Below are positions 10,081-20,006 of a stretch of DNA of 64,000 nucleotides, in pieces (the first letter of the stretch is position 1; the number at the start of each line of letters is the position of its first letter). The notes beneath the pieces are model-generated. The model was given only the letters and a program-made list of their open reading frames with translations. It did not search any database and was not told where the DNA came from. The stretch is from Escherichia phage vB_EcoM_G5211, in sequence record MK327947.1; one strand, 5' to 3'. The translations under genes and the position numbers were made by a program.

Positions 10081-11810
10081 ATGACGCATTAACATCATTT
10101 CGCGGGATGCGCAAGGAAGCGGAAGAAAACCCGATTGATAAACTTAACAAATTAGATAAACTTGATTCTATTGATAATTTGCAAGCCGCTACCGAATTGG
10201 TGGCAGAGACAGTAGAACAAAAATCTAATGAAGTTGTTGGTGCGGTAGAGGATAACACCGCAGCCAATGAATTGACGGCAGAAAATACACAATCTACCGC
10301 TGGCAATACCCAAAAAACTTATGAAGAATTGCAAAAACTCAATAATTTCTCTTCTCAGATGAATGAGAAATTACGTGGTTTTGGTGTTATGATGGAACGT
10401 AGATTTGGTGTTGTCAGTAAAATGGCTAGCGGTATTGGTGCGATTGAAGAAGCACTGAAAAAACCGGAACAACCGCAAACAATGCCATCACCTCAGCCAG
10501 TTTTGCCTACTGTACCGGAACAGCCTAATAATGACAACTATCAAGGTCTTCCAAAGAAAAAACCGGATGTTGAGGAACGGAAGAAAAAGAACGCCGCAGA
10601 TAAGCGCAATGCAGATTCTATGGAAAATCTTCTTAAAGTTGTTCGTGGAGGATTTAAAGAAACCATAGGTATCTCTAATAAGGTCTTAGGGATGTTATTT
10701 AAGATCACCTTGACCGCTATGGCAGAAGCCGCAAAATGGGGCGCTATTTTGATGGGTATTGTTTTTGCCATTGATACCCTTATGATTCATTTCAGATATT
10801 GGAGTGATTTATTCGAAACAAAATTTGATGAATTTATGGATAAAGCCGGAGAATGGGCTGGACCAATTAGTGATATTCTAACAACTATTCGTCAAGTTCG
10901 AGATTATTGGTCTAAAGGCGAATATGGAGAGTTAATTAAATCTCTTGTTATGGGTATTGGTGATGCATTCTATAAAACCTTTATCCAACTTGATCGAATT
11001 ATCACTACTGGTATTGCTAAAATTCTTCGCATGATCCCTGGTATGGGTGATTATGCCGATAAGTTAGAATATGGTGCTTTAAAATCTGCTGTCGCTCAAG
11101 GCTATACGCCAAATGAAAGAGAACTCGAATTAATGGATAAGGTCGAGTCTGAACACGAAGAGGACAAATACGGGGAGCGTACTGGTTGGACCGGAAAAGC
11201 CCGTGATATTGGTGAGGCTATCGGTGACTCCATTAAAGATAAAGTTAACGAGGGTCTTGTTAGTCTGGGTTGGAGAGATCAAAAGGATGTTGACGCAGAG
11301 AAACGACAAGAAGAATTAAAACGCGGGGAATATAAGTCTGTTTCTGCTGAACAACGATCTGCTAGTCGTAAACTTAGAATTAAAAGCGAGGGCGCGATCA
11401 ATAATATTAATGAAGTTATGGAGAATTTGAGCGGTGACTATGACAAAGAAAGAATGGAAGAGTTGAAAAAGGATATTGATGTTTACCGTGAGCAAGTTCA
11501 AGATCCTACATTAGTTGAAAGTGATCGTTCTCAGTTAGAGCGTCTTATTGAAAAATTTGATGAGATGTATGCTGATAAAACTAAGGGTGCGGTTCCAACT
11601 AATCCTGTTCCTGCAACTGAAACGGAAACAGCAAAACAAGCGGAACGTACTGAACAAATGCAGAAACAAGCTGCAATCCAGCAACAAACGACAAATCAGA
11701 CCTCAAACGTAAATAATACACAAATTGTAACAAACAATAGAACTATTAAACAGGGTGCACCAACAACTAGAATTGATGCCCCCGGTACAATTAATATGGG
11801 GAACTTTTAA
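10077..11810 (+). CDS. 29: gp29 baseplate hub / tail length determinant
   Basis: Size and synteny; coiled-coil rich. Confidence 0.7.
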   Translation: MNDALTSFRGMRKEAEENPIDKLNKLDKLDSIDNLQAATELVAETVEQKSNEVVGAVEDNTAANELTAENTQSTAGNTQKTYEELQKLNNFSSQMNEKLRGFGVMMERRFGVVSKMASGIGAIEEALKKPEQPQTMPSPQPVLPTVPEQPNNDNYQGLPKKKPDVEERKKKNAADKRNADSMENLLKVVRGGFKETIGISNKVLGMLFKITLTAMAEAAKWGAILMGIVFAIDTLMIHFRYWSDLFETKFDEFMDKAGEWAGPISDILTTIRQVRDYWSKGEYGELIKSLVMGIGDAFYKTFIQLDRIITTGIAKILRMIPGMGDYADKLEYGALKSAVAQGYTPNERELELMDKVESEHEEDKYGERTGWTGKARDIGEAIGDSIKDKVNEGLVSLGWRDQKDVDAEKRQEELKRGEYKSVSAEQRSASRKLRIKSEGAINNINEVMENLSGDYDKERMEELKKDIDVYREQVQDPTLVESDRSQLERLIEKFDEMYADKTKGAVPTNPVPATETETAKQAERTEQMQKQAAIQQQTTNQTSNVNNTQIVTNNRTIKQGAPTTRIDAPGTINMGNF

Positions 11811-12868
11811 TGAAAATTAGTGTTATCAATGATGCCGTTGATAGCTTTAAAGCGGGGGTTAAAACCTCCGCTGGTTTTACCTCAAAAAATAAAGGGAAAA
11901 CATTAACCGCTCAATTCCCCGCTGAACGTGCTAGCGGTAATGATGCTAGCGGTTATTATATCAACGACTTATATAATAATGGTCTGTTATTCACTGCATA
12001 CGATTATACATCTCGTACTACCGGATCGTTGCGTGATTTCAGGAAAAAGAAAAATGTTGCTAGCGGTTTTGGTGGTAGCGTTAATATCGCTGGTTTTGAT
12101 TTAAATTTGGGTGGGAGAAATGCTGCATTTGACCGAGAGGCAATTGCTAATATTCTTCTTCCTCGTAGTCAATCTGACGTTGACGCTGCTAGCCATAAGT
12201 TTAATGATGTTGGTGAATCTGTCATTTCTCGCGGCGGTGGTACTTTAGGCGGTGCTCTTTCTAATATGGCATCTACTGCCGTTTTTGGTGGTATCGAAAG
12301 TATTACTGGTGGATACCTTGCCGACCACGGTGAACAGATTTATAATACTGCGCGAAGCATGTATGCGGGTGCTGACGCACGAACTAAAAACTACGTATGG
12401 CATTTAACCCCACGTAGTATTGAAGACCTTCGCAATATTCTGATCATATACGAAACGTTTTTAGAATTGTCTTATGGATCTAGTGGTATTTCCAGCACCG
12501 CAAAAGAATTAAAAGCGGAAGTTGATGCGTGGTATAAAAATACACTATTGAGAAAATCCACCCCAGAGGAAGCGAAGAGAAATGATACTCTGTTTGAAGG
12601 GATCACCGATTTTCTATCAAACGCAATTACTGTATCTAACCCGACAATATGGATGATCTCTAACTTCGGTAAGCGTACATCGTTTGAAGGGCGTAGCGAT
12701 GCATTTGGTCCCGCTCAGATCTCAAGTGTACGTCTGGACAAGTCGCCTGATGGTAAGTTTAATGGTCTTGCTATTTCTCCTAACTTGCCTAGTACATTTG
12801 TTCTGGAAGTATCATTTAGAGAGATCTTGACACTTTCCCGTGGTACTATATTTGGGAGTGCGGCATAA
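11810..12868 (+). CDS. 48: gp48 baseplate tail-tube junction protein
   Basis: Size and synteny. Confidence 0.7.
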   Translation: MKISVINDAVDSFKAGVKTSAGFTSKNKGKTLTAQFPAERASGNDASGYYINDLYNNGLLFTAYDYTSRTTGSLRDFRKKKNVASGFGGSVNIAGFDLNLGGRNAAFDREAIANILLPRSQSDVDAASHKFNDVGESVISRGGGTLGGALSNMASTAVFGGIESITGGYLADHGEQIYNTARSMYAGADARTKNYVWHLTPRSIEDLRNILIIYETFLELSYGSSGISSTAKELKAEVDAWYKNTLLRKSTPEEAKRNDTLFEGITDFLSNAITVSNPTIWMISNFGKRTSFEGRSDAFGPAQISSVRLDKSPDGKFNGLAISPNLPSTFVLEVSFREILTLSRGTIFGSAA

Positions 12869-13800
12869 TGTTTGATTTAAATGACTTTAACGAACAAGCC
12901 GCTAACCTTGACTTTCAGCGATCTAACTTATTCAGCGTGGCATTTGCCACCACTCCAAGTAATAAGACACAAGCGATCCTAGAAAGTATGGGCGGTGCGG
13001 TATATGATATTATACCAAATGCATTAAATGACTATTTCGGGATTACTCGTGGTGATTATACTGACGCATTAACAAATCTTGCTGTACAGGGTGTTAGGCG
13101 TGCTGTTGATTCATCCGGTGTCAAAAAGTATCTTTTAGGTGCAATGTCATCCCGCGTAGTTCAATCTCTTCTGGGGCAATTTGATGTTGGTACATATGCG
13201 CTTGACTGGTTCAATATGGCATATAAGACAAGCGGTCTTCTGGTGTATGCTGTTAAGGTTCCAGAAAACAGATTGAATTATGAAATGGACCGTAACCACA
13301 ATGCGCCAAACATTCGAATTACCGGACGTGATTTTGATCCGCTTGTATTGAGCTTTAGAATGGACTCTAGCGCATCAAACTATAGAGCAATGCAGGATTG
13401 GGTTAACTCAGTAGAAGACCCCGTGACAGGGCTTCGTGCGCTTCCTGTTGACGTTGAAGCAGATATTCAGGTTAACTTACATAACCGAATGGGAGTTCCT
13501 CACACAATCATGATGTTTAATGGTTGTGTTCCTGTTGGTGTGAGTGCACCGGAATTAACCTATGAAAACAACAACGAAATTACAACATTCGATGTTACTT
13601 TTGCGTATAGGACTATGCAAACTGGTGCTGTAGGAGAGCAAGCCGCGCGAGAATGGATTGAGGATAAGGCAATAAACGCAATAACAAACACTTTCGGCAA
13701 TAATTTACTTGATAGTGGGTTATCTGCTGCTGGTAATGCTTTATCGCGTCTAAATGGCGTTGGTGGGCGTGTGGTGAATACTGTCACTAACTGGTTCTGA
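12868..13800 (+). CDS. 54: gp54 baseplate tail-tube initiator
   Basis: Size and synteny. Confidence 0.7.
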   Translation: MFDLNDFNEQAANLDFQRSNLFSVAFATTPSNKTQAILESMGGAVYDIIPNALNDYFGITRGDYTDALTNLAVQGVRRAVDSSGVKKYLLGAMSSRVVQSLLGQFDVGTYALDWFNMAYKTSGLLVYAVKVPENRLNYEMDRNHNAPNIRITGRDFDPLVLSFRMDSSASNYRAMQDWVNSVEDPVTGLRALPVDVEADIQVNLHNRMGVPHTIMMFNGCVPVGVSAPELTYENNNEITTFDVTFAYRTMQTGAVGEQAAREWIEDKAINAITNTFGNNLLDSGLSAAGNALSRLNGVGGRVVNTVTNWF

Positions 13801-13809
13801 TAAGCGAAA

Positions 13810-13833
13810 GGCGGGGATTATCCCCGCCTTTTT
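13810..13833. terminator. bidirectional terminator between gene 54 and lipoprotein gene
   Basis: GGCGGGGATTATCCCCGCC + TTTTT. Confidence 0.6.
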
Positions 13834-14317
13834 ATTTTGCTAAATCATTGCAATATTTTAGTGCCTTAGTTTGAAATTCTGCGCTGTTAAGTTCTTCATA
13901 ACGGTCATAATCACCGTTTAATGCTGCTTTTCTTGCTTCTTGCTCTATCTGCATGTCAGACATGATAATACAGCGATCCCGCGCTTTCATCTTCTCAAGT
14001 TGTATAGACTCTTCTTTCTGCTTGCGCAATTCTTCTTGACGCTTCTTTTCTTCTTGTGCTTTCTCTTCCCGCGCTTCTTTGATTGCATCCTTGAACATCT
14101 GCGTTTGTGGTGCTAAACCAACTTTAACTCGATCTACGTCTCGACGTTCCATTTTAGAAATAAAGCATGATTCGATCTGATCATCACTTGCATATGCTGC
14201 TTTACATTCACGAAGCAAGAAAACCGGATCTGATTTAGCATTCATCATAGCTTCCATGTTGGCACAACCAGTAAGCATGAATGCAGCCGCAAGACCAATC
14301 AGTTTAATCATTTTCAT
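13832..14317 (-). CDS. predicted lipoprotein with coiled-coil region
   Basis: Signal peptide with lipobox LTGC; charged K/E-rich middle. Confidence 0.6.
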   Translation of the reverse strand: MKMIKLIGLAAAFMLTGCANMEAMMNAKSDPVFLLRECKAAYASDDQIESCFISKMERRDVDRVKVGLAPQTQMFKDAIKEAREEKAQEEKKRQEELRKQKEESIQLEKMKARDRCIIMSDMQIEQEARKAALNGDYDRYEELNSAEFQTKALKYCNDLAK

Positions 14318-15138
14318 TTAGTCACCTCACCGAAAATTGTAAATTGTCTACGATTCTCATCGCCGAAAGATTCTACTACGTCGTTTACCTTGACGCAAGT
14401 CCCGCGCGGTAAAATTACTTCACATTCGCAAGGGTTCCATGCAATGGACCCAACAACAAAACCTTTATGATCTTTTACATCAATCACCCATGATACATTA
14501 CAAGAATGTTGCATCTTTCCGGTCATGGATTCATATCGATTCTCACAATAAAGGCTAGTGCTGTTTGATAGCCAGCCTCCAAAGATGATCGGTGTCATGC
14601 TGGTCGATACAAAGTTTTTAAAGGTAAACTCCTTATCTTCAATGATACGCTCTATTGTCTGAATGTCAAGATGTTGACCGCGATAAAGAGTACCGTTTAA
14701 CTTTTCGGTTTTATCCATGACGCAATCCATCAAATCGACAATCTCTGATATCTCATCGGTCATGTCTTCTTCCCCTAAGAGAGCACCATTTACCCATTCG
14801 TATTGCTCAGACACATAATCACAGATTGCATTATATTCTGCTGGGGTTATGTTGTTATGTTTGTAATGTTTGAATACATTATCTCCAAAGTCTTCGGAGT
14901 GTACTTCATACATCACATTAATGATTTTCTTGACAAATCCATAATCTTGTGTCTCACGCTCAAGGAAGCGGATAACCTTCACATAATCATCAAAGTTAAT
15001 CTGATCGCTGATCATCTCAGTGATCATGTAACCATTAATACCCTCAATGTCATATGTTTCGATGTAATTATCCATACGTTCCATCATTGATTCGCGTGAT
15101 TCTTCTGAAAGACGAAAATCCTGTAATTTCTTGAACAT
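14314..15138 (-). CDS. ADP-ribosyltransferase, short Alt-like paralog (catalytic domain only)
   Basis: LYRG...FVSTS...CECEVILPRG (R, S-T-S, E-x-E motifs) aligning with the C-terminal part of the adjacent Alt. Confidence 0.75.
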   Translation of the reverse strand: MFKKLQDFRLSEESRESMMERMDNYIETYDIEGINGYMITEMISDQINFDDYVKVIRFLERETQDYGFVKKIINVMYEVHSEDFGDNVFKHYKHNNITPAEYNAICDYVSEQYEWVNGALLGEEDMTDEISEIVDLMDCVMDKTEKLNGTLYRGQHLDIQTIERIIEDKEFTFKNFVSTSMTPIIFGGWLSNSTSLYCENRYESMTGKMQHSCNVSWVIDVKDHKGFVVGSIAWNPCECEVILPRGTCVKVNDVVESFGDENRRQFTIFGEVTK

Positions 15139-15162
15139 TTTAAACCTCCCATATAACAGAAA

Positions 15163-15190
15163 ACGGGGCTAGTATAAAACTAGTCCCCGT
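15163..15190 (-). terminator. hairpin between alt and Alt-like gene
   Basis: ACGGGGACTAGTTTTATACTAGCCCCGT palindrome, U-rich tail on minus strand. Confidence 0.4.
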
Positions 15191-15216
15191 TTGAGTCAAC
15201 CATTATTTCTTAAAAA

Positions 15217-17268
15217 TTACATTTTAAATTTATCTGGCATTGCGTCTACAGATACCAGATCAGCGATAAGCTGACGTAGAGTTGCCTTATCTGCTTTCTT
15301 ACGTTCGGTTTTAGCTTCGCTAATGAAGCTGGAGAAAGACAGGTCAGAAGCAGGTTTAATAACACCTTCACGGATGAATGCATCACCGTCCGCGATCATC
15401 TCGCCAGATTCTTGTAATGCTGCCAGTTCATTTTTGTTCATAATATGTGCCTCAATGTAATAAGTTTCTTGTGAATCCGTCGATGCCGTAGCACGAGTTA
15501 CCGTATCAAAGGATAACACAACACCGCGAGGAAGTAAAATCTCGCATTCTTTGTAAGCAAATGCTTTGTTACCTACTGGCAATACAGGGATGTTTTCCGC
15601 GCCAGCAATGGAGAAAGCAACATTAGCGCCACCTTCACCGCGAGAGCCAGCCATAGAATCAACACCAGCAACGGCACTAGCCACGTTTGCATTCCAGCCG
15701 CCAAAAATGTTAGGTGCAAGGGAAGTGCTCACATAGTTTTTAAAGTAAAACGCTTTTTGCTTACGTGCAGTTTCCCACATTTGCGACCGGAAGTCCATAC
15801 CACGATACAGAATAGTACCCGGATCAAGTTTAACGCCATAGTTGGAGAAGGCATTATCCAGTGCATCGCACATCTTGACCAATTCTTCTGGATCTGCGAT
15901 GCCTTCAAACTCTTCCAGCTTACGGTCGGTTAGGAAGTTGTTCATATTGATGTATGCTGCATCGGCATATTCGCTCAACACAAAACCTTCCGCGCCCGGC
16001 AGATCAAGATCAATATCTGCCATCATTTCACCCATGTTGCTAGCAATTGCTTCAAACATACCGGAAGCAACATTACGTAGGGCATCGGTTTTAATCTGGG
16101 TGATGTGACTACGCAGCATTTCAGCTTTTACATCTGCTGGCATAGACTGGTCTACTCGATCCATTGCCAGGGCGGTGATCTTGTTTTCGAATACTTCCTC
16201 GCTCATGATTTCTTTTAAGCGTTTGATTGATGCTGCGATAACTTCCGCAGACAATGGATCATATTGATCCTGAACTTTTACCAGTTCGCTTACTGCGTAT
16301 TTTGCATCGGCTTCGCTTTCAAAAATAGTACGCATGAAACCATAGCGAGTGATAATATCACTTGTCCAGTCATTCAGAGAACGGGCGGTTGAACGTTCTA
16401 AGGCTTGACGATCAATCAGAGTATTAAACTGTTTCTTAGGTTCGGCTTCGGTGATATCTTCTTCCGGTTTAAGATTAATTTTTTCTGGATGATTCACATA
16501 GTCGCTGTTATAGGTCGCTTGAGTTTTCAGCATTTCTTCTTTAGTCAAACGAGATTTAGCCGCTACGCGTTGTTCTGCTTCCGCGTTTCGTTCTTCTTCT
16601 GACACAAGACTAGCCGCATATGCCTCATCTTTAGTCAGAGATTCACCAGTAGCCTTAGATACCCAGCGATCACCTAAATCACTTTCTACTTTAGTGAACA
16701 AGGATTCATCAAGTTTAATCCCTTTAATCTTATCAATCGCCATCCCGCGACGCTTGACAACAACTAAAGCGATCTTTTTGCTGGTCATTACTTCCTGCTG
16801 GAATACTTCAAACTTCGGTGTACGACGCACCAAACGCTCTATAACGCGCTTAACCAGTTCGGTCTTACCTTTCATGCGGGATACGTTAAAACGGAACATA
16901 ACAGCGTCTAATTGCGCTTTACGGGCTGTTTCCATAACCACATCAAAAGCACTTGACATAACTGCAATCGGGTTATCGCCTAGACCATTTTTAAGCTGTA
17001 CAATACGACCGCTTTTGTTCATTTCGCACAGTACAACATGTGCGGTCTTGTCACCCATACGAATGATTTTAGGTGTTTTGTTGGTGAAGTTACAAAGACG
17101 GACAATCACATCTTTATCGCGTGTCTGTACTGCAAAAAGCTGTTTAGGATTCTGCTTAGGCTTTAAGCACTGTACCGGAGCAATACTGCCAAAGTTTTCT
17201 TCCTCTTCCGTCAACAGCCATTTCTCGAAAGATTCAATCATTAGATCGTCGATTTCTAAGTTAAACAT
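15217..17268 (-). CDS. alt: Alt ADP-ribosyltransferase
   Basis: 683 aa; C-terminal ART motifs YRG, STS, ECEILLPRG; position after gene 54. Confidence 0.8.
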   Translation of the reverse strand: MFNLEIDDLMIESFEKWLLTEEEENFGSIAPVQCLKPKQNPKQLFAVQTRDKDVIVRLCNFTNKTPKIIRMGDKTAHVVLCEMNKSGRIVQLKNGLGDNPIAVMSSAFDVVMETARKAQLDAVMFRFNVSRMKGKTELVKRVIERLVRRTPKFEVFQQEVMTSKKIALVVVKRRGMAIDKIKGIKLDESLFTKVESDLGDRWVSKATGESLTKDEAYAASLVSEEERNAEAEQRVAAKSRLTKEEMLKTQATYNSDYVNHPEKINLKPEEDITEAEPKKQFNTLIDRQALERSTARSLNDWTSDIITRYGFMRTIFESEADAKYAVSELVKVQDQYDPLSAEVIAASIKRLKEIMSEEVFENKITALAMDRVDQSMPADVKAEMLRSHITQIKTDALRNVASGMFEAIASNMGEMMADIDLDLPGAEGFVLSEYADAAYINMNNFLTDRKLEEFEGIADPEELVKMCDALDNAFSNYGVKLDPGTILYRGMDFRSQMWETARKQKAFYFKNYVSTSLAPNIFGGWNANVASAVAGVDSMAGSRGEGGANVAFSIAGAENIPVLPVGNKAFAYKECEILLPRGVVLSFDTVTRATASTDSQETYYIEAHIMNKNELAALQESGEMIADGDAFIREGVIKPASDLSFSSFISEAKTERKKADKATLRQLIADLVSVDAMPDKFKM

Positions 17269-17334
17269 TTTATATCCTCTAGTTGATAACCTATAAACCT
17301 ATATTTATGAAAAGGGGGCTTAACGCCCCATTTA

Positions 17335-17547
17335 TTATAATGCACCATCGAGCAATTGCTCTAAGGTGTATCCTGAATAGTCTTTTTCAATCAGGATATA
17401 TTTTCCTACTCGTTTAATACAACCACGCATTTCAACGTATTCTGCGTAGTTGATGGTACGAGTTGTTCCATCTTCCAGTAATGCAGTACCGATTTCGTTA
17501 ATGCGGTCATAAGTTACGTCGGTAATGATGATTTCGATGTTAGCCAT
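17335..17547 (-). CDS. hypothetical early protein
   Basis: ORF preceded by early promoter/leader cassette. Confidence 0.5.
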   Translation of the reverse strand: MANIEIIITDVTYDRINEIGTALLEDGTTRTINYAEYVEMRGCIKRVGKYILIEKDYSGYTLEQLLDGAL

Positions 17548-17550
17548 TTG

Positions 17551-17615
17551 ATACTCCTTAGTAGTTCGTTTCGGTATGGGTGTATTATGATATACACCCT
17601 CTGTTATGTCAACAA
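17551..17615 (-). promoter_or_regulatory. early promoter/leader cassette
   Basis: TTGACA, ~17-nt spacer, CATAAT, conserved leader, GGAG SD. Confidence 0.55.
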
Positions 17616-17618
17616 CTT

Positions 17619-17798
17619 TTAGAACATTTTTGAAATTAATTCTGCTTTGATTTCGCAGAGAACATCTAAAGATTTCTCGTCACCCGCTTTTGCTGCTTCT
17701 GCTTGCATTTTTGAAATGGCTTCAATGTCAGTGCAATTATAAGCCGCTTGAACTTTAGCGATTGCGATGATTGCCGATTCGATGGTTAAGTGTTTCAT
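17619..17798 (-). CDS. hypothetical small early protein (59 aa)
   Basis: Hand-translated MKHLTIESAII...; preceded by cassette. Confidence 0.45.
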   Translation of the reverse strand: MKHLTIESAIIAIAKVQAAYNCTDIEAISKMQAEAAKAGDEKSLDVLCEIKAELISKMF

Positions 17799-17868
17799 GT
17801 TTGATTCTCCTTTCGTTTCGGTATGTGTGCATTATAGGGGATCTCCGACCCCCCTGTCAACAACTTTT
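17799..17868 (-). promoter_or_regulatory. early promoter/leader cassette with GC palindrome in spacer
   Basis: TTGACA 17855-17860, TATAAT 17831-17836, palindrome GGGGGGTCGGAGATCCCC between them, GGAGAATC SD. Confidence 0.55.
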
Positions 17869-18422
17869 TAGTTATTTTTTAATTGCTCATCTTGCAATAG
17901 GGCAATCACATGCTGGCGATGTTCTTCCGATTGAGGAACACCGAAAAAGTTTGTTTTGTAGAAATACTCTAATCGGTCTTCTCGTGTGCTCTCTTCCATC
18001 ATGATCGCGGGTAGTCCGAGATTTCGGAAACGTCGCTTTTCTGCTGGCGTAAAATCACTGTAATACAACATAGAATCATCATTACCAGCAATGCTAAACT
18101 CATCATTCATGAAGGAGAATATTGCGTTTAAACGCTGTTTACCGTCCACGATTTCGATCTCATAGCGAGAGCCATCATCAATCTTAGCCATTGCGATAGC
18201 ACCAACCGGAAAATCATTAATCAGGTTTTCGATAAACATACGTTTGTTTTCGGTGTCCCATACCAAAGGACGCTGATAATCTGGGTTCATGTTGATATAG
18301 CCATCTTCTAACCATGCATCATAAACAGAGATGACAAAGTTTTTAGTATTGGTATAGTAACGGCGTTTAGGCGTTAAACGGTTCATGTTATAGTCTCCTG
18401 AATGGATCATCACGTAAATCAA
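17868..18422 (-). CDS. DUF262 (ParB-like / GmrS N-terminal-like) domain protein
   Basis: PDYQRPLVWD ... FPVGAIAMA ... IVDGKQRLNAI matches the DUF262 signature (DGQQR-type motif). Confidence 0.6.
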   Translation of the reverse strand: MIYVMIHSGDYNMNRLTPKRRYYTNTKNFVISVYDAWLEDGYINMNPDYQRPLVWDTENKRMFIENLINDFPVGAIAMAKIDDGSRYEIEIVDGKQRLNAIFSFMNDEFSIAGNDDSMLYYSDFTPAEKRRFRNLGLPAIMMEESTREDRLEYFYKTNFFGVPQSEEHRQHVIALLQDEQLKNN

Positions 18423-18717
18423 TATCTTTTAAGAACTCATCCCATGAATGGCGGATATTGTTCTTAATTCTCCAGATAAGCGCAGGGATTGAACGCTCTC
18501 CCATCTGGAAGTAAGGATCATATGATCCGTATGCCCAATATGCTACTACAATTCCACAGTCAGCGCAATAGTATTCTATTTCACTTGCTGGCGACCAAAG
18601 TCCATCAATATGATCAGTGATCTTGCTTTCGATGTTATGACTATGACAATCAGGGCAACGGATGCAATGACCTTGTTTATCGTAATTTGACGTTAGAGAA
18701 TACTTAAACAATCTCAT
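18388..18717 (-). CDS. zinc-ribbon protein
   Basis: CIRCPDCH ... CADCG cysteine pairs; ATG overlaps upstream stop (TAATG). Confidence 0.5.
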   Translation of the reverse strand: MRLFKYSLTSNYDKQGHCIRCPDCHSHNIESKITDHIDGLWSPASEIEYYCADCGIVVAYWAYGSYDPYFQMGERSIPALIWRIKNNIRHSWDEFLKDIDLRDDPFRRL

Positions 18718-19433
18718 TATAGATCCTTATTGGCTTCAAATACTGCCTTTGCGAATCCTCGCGGGGTAAGTGACCTGATAGTCTTTGTTCTGGTTCCTTT
18801 CCCGCCTAGCTTAGAATGCTGTTTACTGTACCCTTTATTAATCTGCAACGGTTTCTTTTCTGGCATTATAAAGCCTTGTCCGGTCCATAAGCAAGTCTTT
18901 TTCGGGTACATATCACGGGCGGCAATATACTCAGGAAACGTAGGATGCTTATCATCTTCCGGCAAATAACCGCCATATTCCCACGGATGGAACATGTAAT
19001 CAGGCTTACGCCACATACTAGAGATAACGCTTACAGGATTCTCTATCATGTAGGGAACTCCTAGCCATTCACCCAAATAAGCGGTTATTTTAGCTGTCCG
19101 TACATCATGAACTTGAATCAATGGTCCTTGTTCTCGTTTCTTTCGTTCAAAGTGTGCAGCGCCACTAACAGCTAAATTGGTGCACGGTGGGAATGCAAAG
19201 ATAATATCCGGTTTCCCCCATTCAAGGTCCATTGCTCTTTCCAGCCAGTTCAAATCAATCCAGGTGTTTACATAAGTAATGTTTGGATGTTCAAATCTGG
19301 TATTATACTTTTTGTATGTACCGTGGTCGGCGTCATCCGCATTAAAGCAGACTACCTTATGACCTGCTTTAGCCCATTCTAGCCCCATTATCCCCGATCC
19401 GTCAAAGTTGCAGAATATTAATTTTTGTTTCAT
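18717..19433 (-). CDS. compact DNA C5-cytosine methyltransferase-like protein
   Basis: Motif I-like FCNFDGSGIMG, catalytic-type FAFPPC, ENP (ENV-like), C-terminal R-LTPR motif IX-like; only 238 aa. Confidence 0.5.
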   Translation of the reverse strand: MKQKLIFCNFDGSGIMGLEWAKAGHKVVCFNADDADHGTYKKYNTRFEHPNITYVNTWIDLNWLERAMDLEWGKPDIIFAFPPCTNLAVSGAAHFERKKREQGPLIQVHDVRTAKITAYLGEWLGVPYMIENPVSVISSMWRKPDYMFHPWEYGGYLPEDDKHPTFPEYIAARDMYPKKTCLWTGQGFIMPEKKPLQINKGYSKQHSKLGGKGTRTKTIRSLTPRGFAKAVFEANKDL

Positions 19434-19671
19434 ATACCACCCTTTAACCCAGCACAGATTTTAGTCGGTTCTTTACCGTGCCACATTAAGTAAAGTCCGT
19501 TAATGCGACCTTGTTTTGTGTGTGATTCTTTTCTAATCTTCTTATAGTGTCGTGCTTCCTCAACTTATTGTTTAGAATACCAATCATAAAGGAAGAGGCA
19601 CAAAGGCCAACCATTAGCGGCCTTAATGCAGTTATTAAGAAATTCCTTATTGCGTTTAATTAATTTTCTTT

Positions 19672-19923
19672 TCACGCTACCCCCATTGGTTTGATAGTAA
19701 CAGAATCTAAAAGACCTTTGTTAGCCAGTTCGCGGCAAGTTTTCAGATCCGCAACTTCCCAGCCAGCCGCAATCAGGTTATCAATCAGGCTGTTAGCAAC
19801 TTCTTCGCTCATGAAAGAGCACTGTTTGCCGATGGTGTAGCGCACACGCTGTAATTTCAGTTTACGGAAGCCTTTAACGTTCAGGTCTTTAGCGATTTTC
19901 TTTGCGGTTTCGATGTTAGCCAT
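19672..19923 (-). CDS. hypothetical early protein
   Basis: ORF preceded by cassette. Confidence 0.5.
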   Translation of the reverse strand: MANIETAKKIAKDLNVKGFRKLKLQRVRYTIGKQCSFMSEEVANSLIDNLIAAGWEVADLKTCRELANKGLLDSVTIKPMGVA

Positions 19924-19998
19924 TGTTTGATTCTCCTAAGTGGTATCTCGTCTTGATGGTTGTATTGTAGGGGAGTTATCCTCCCCTGTCAACACTTT
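19924..19998 (-). promoter_or_regulatory. early promoter/leader cassette with GC palindrome
   Basis: TTGACA 19987-19992, palindrome GGGGAGGATAACTCCCC, TACAAT, GGAGAATC. Confidence 0.55.
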
Positions 19999-20006
19999 TT
20001 ATAAAA

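Noticed and set aside
16694-17296. 200-aa plus-strand ORF
   Set aside because: Lies entirely inside alt on the opposite strand; no RBS; composition typical of antisense frames.
17837-17854. GC-rich palindromes in promoter cassettes as intrinsic terminators
   Set aside because: No U-tract follows them on the transcribed (minus) strand, and they sit between -35 and -10 elements; treated as promoter-embedded palindromes instead.
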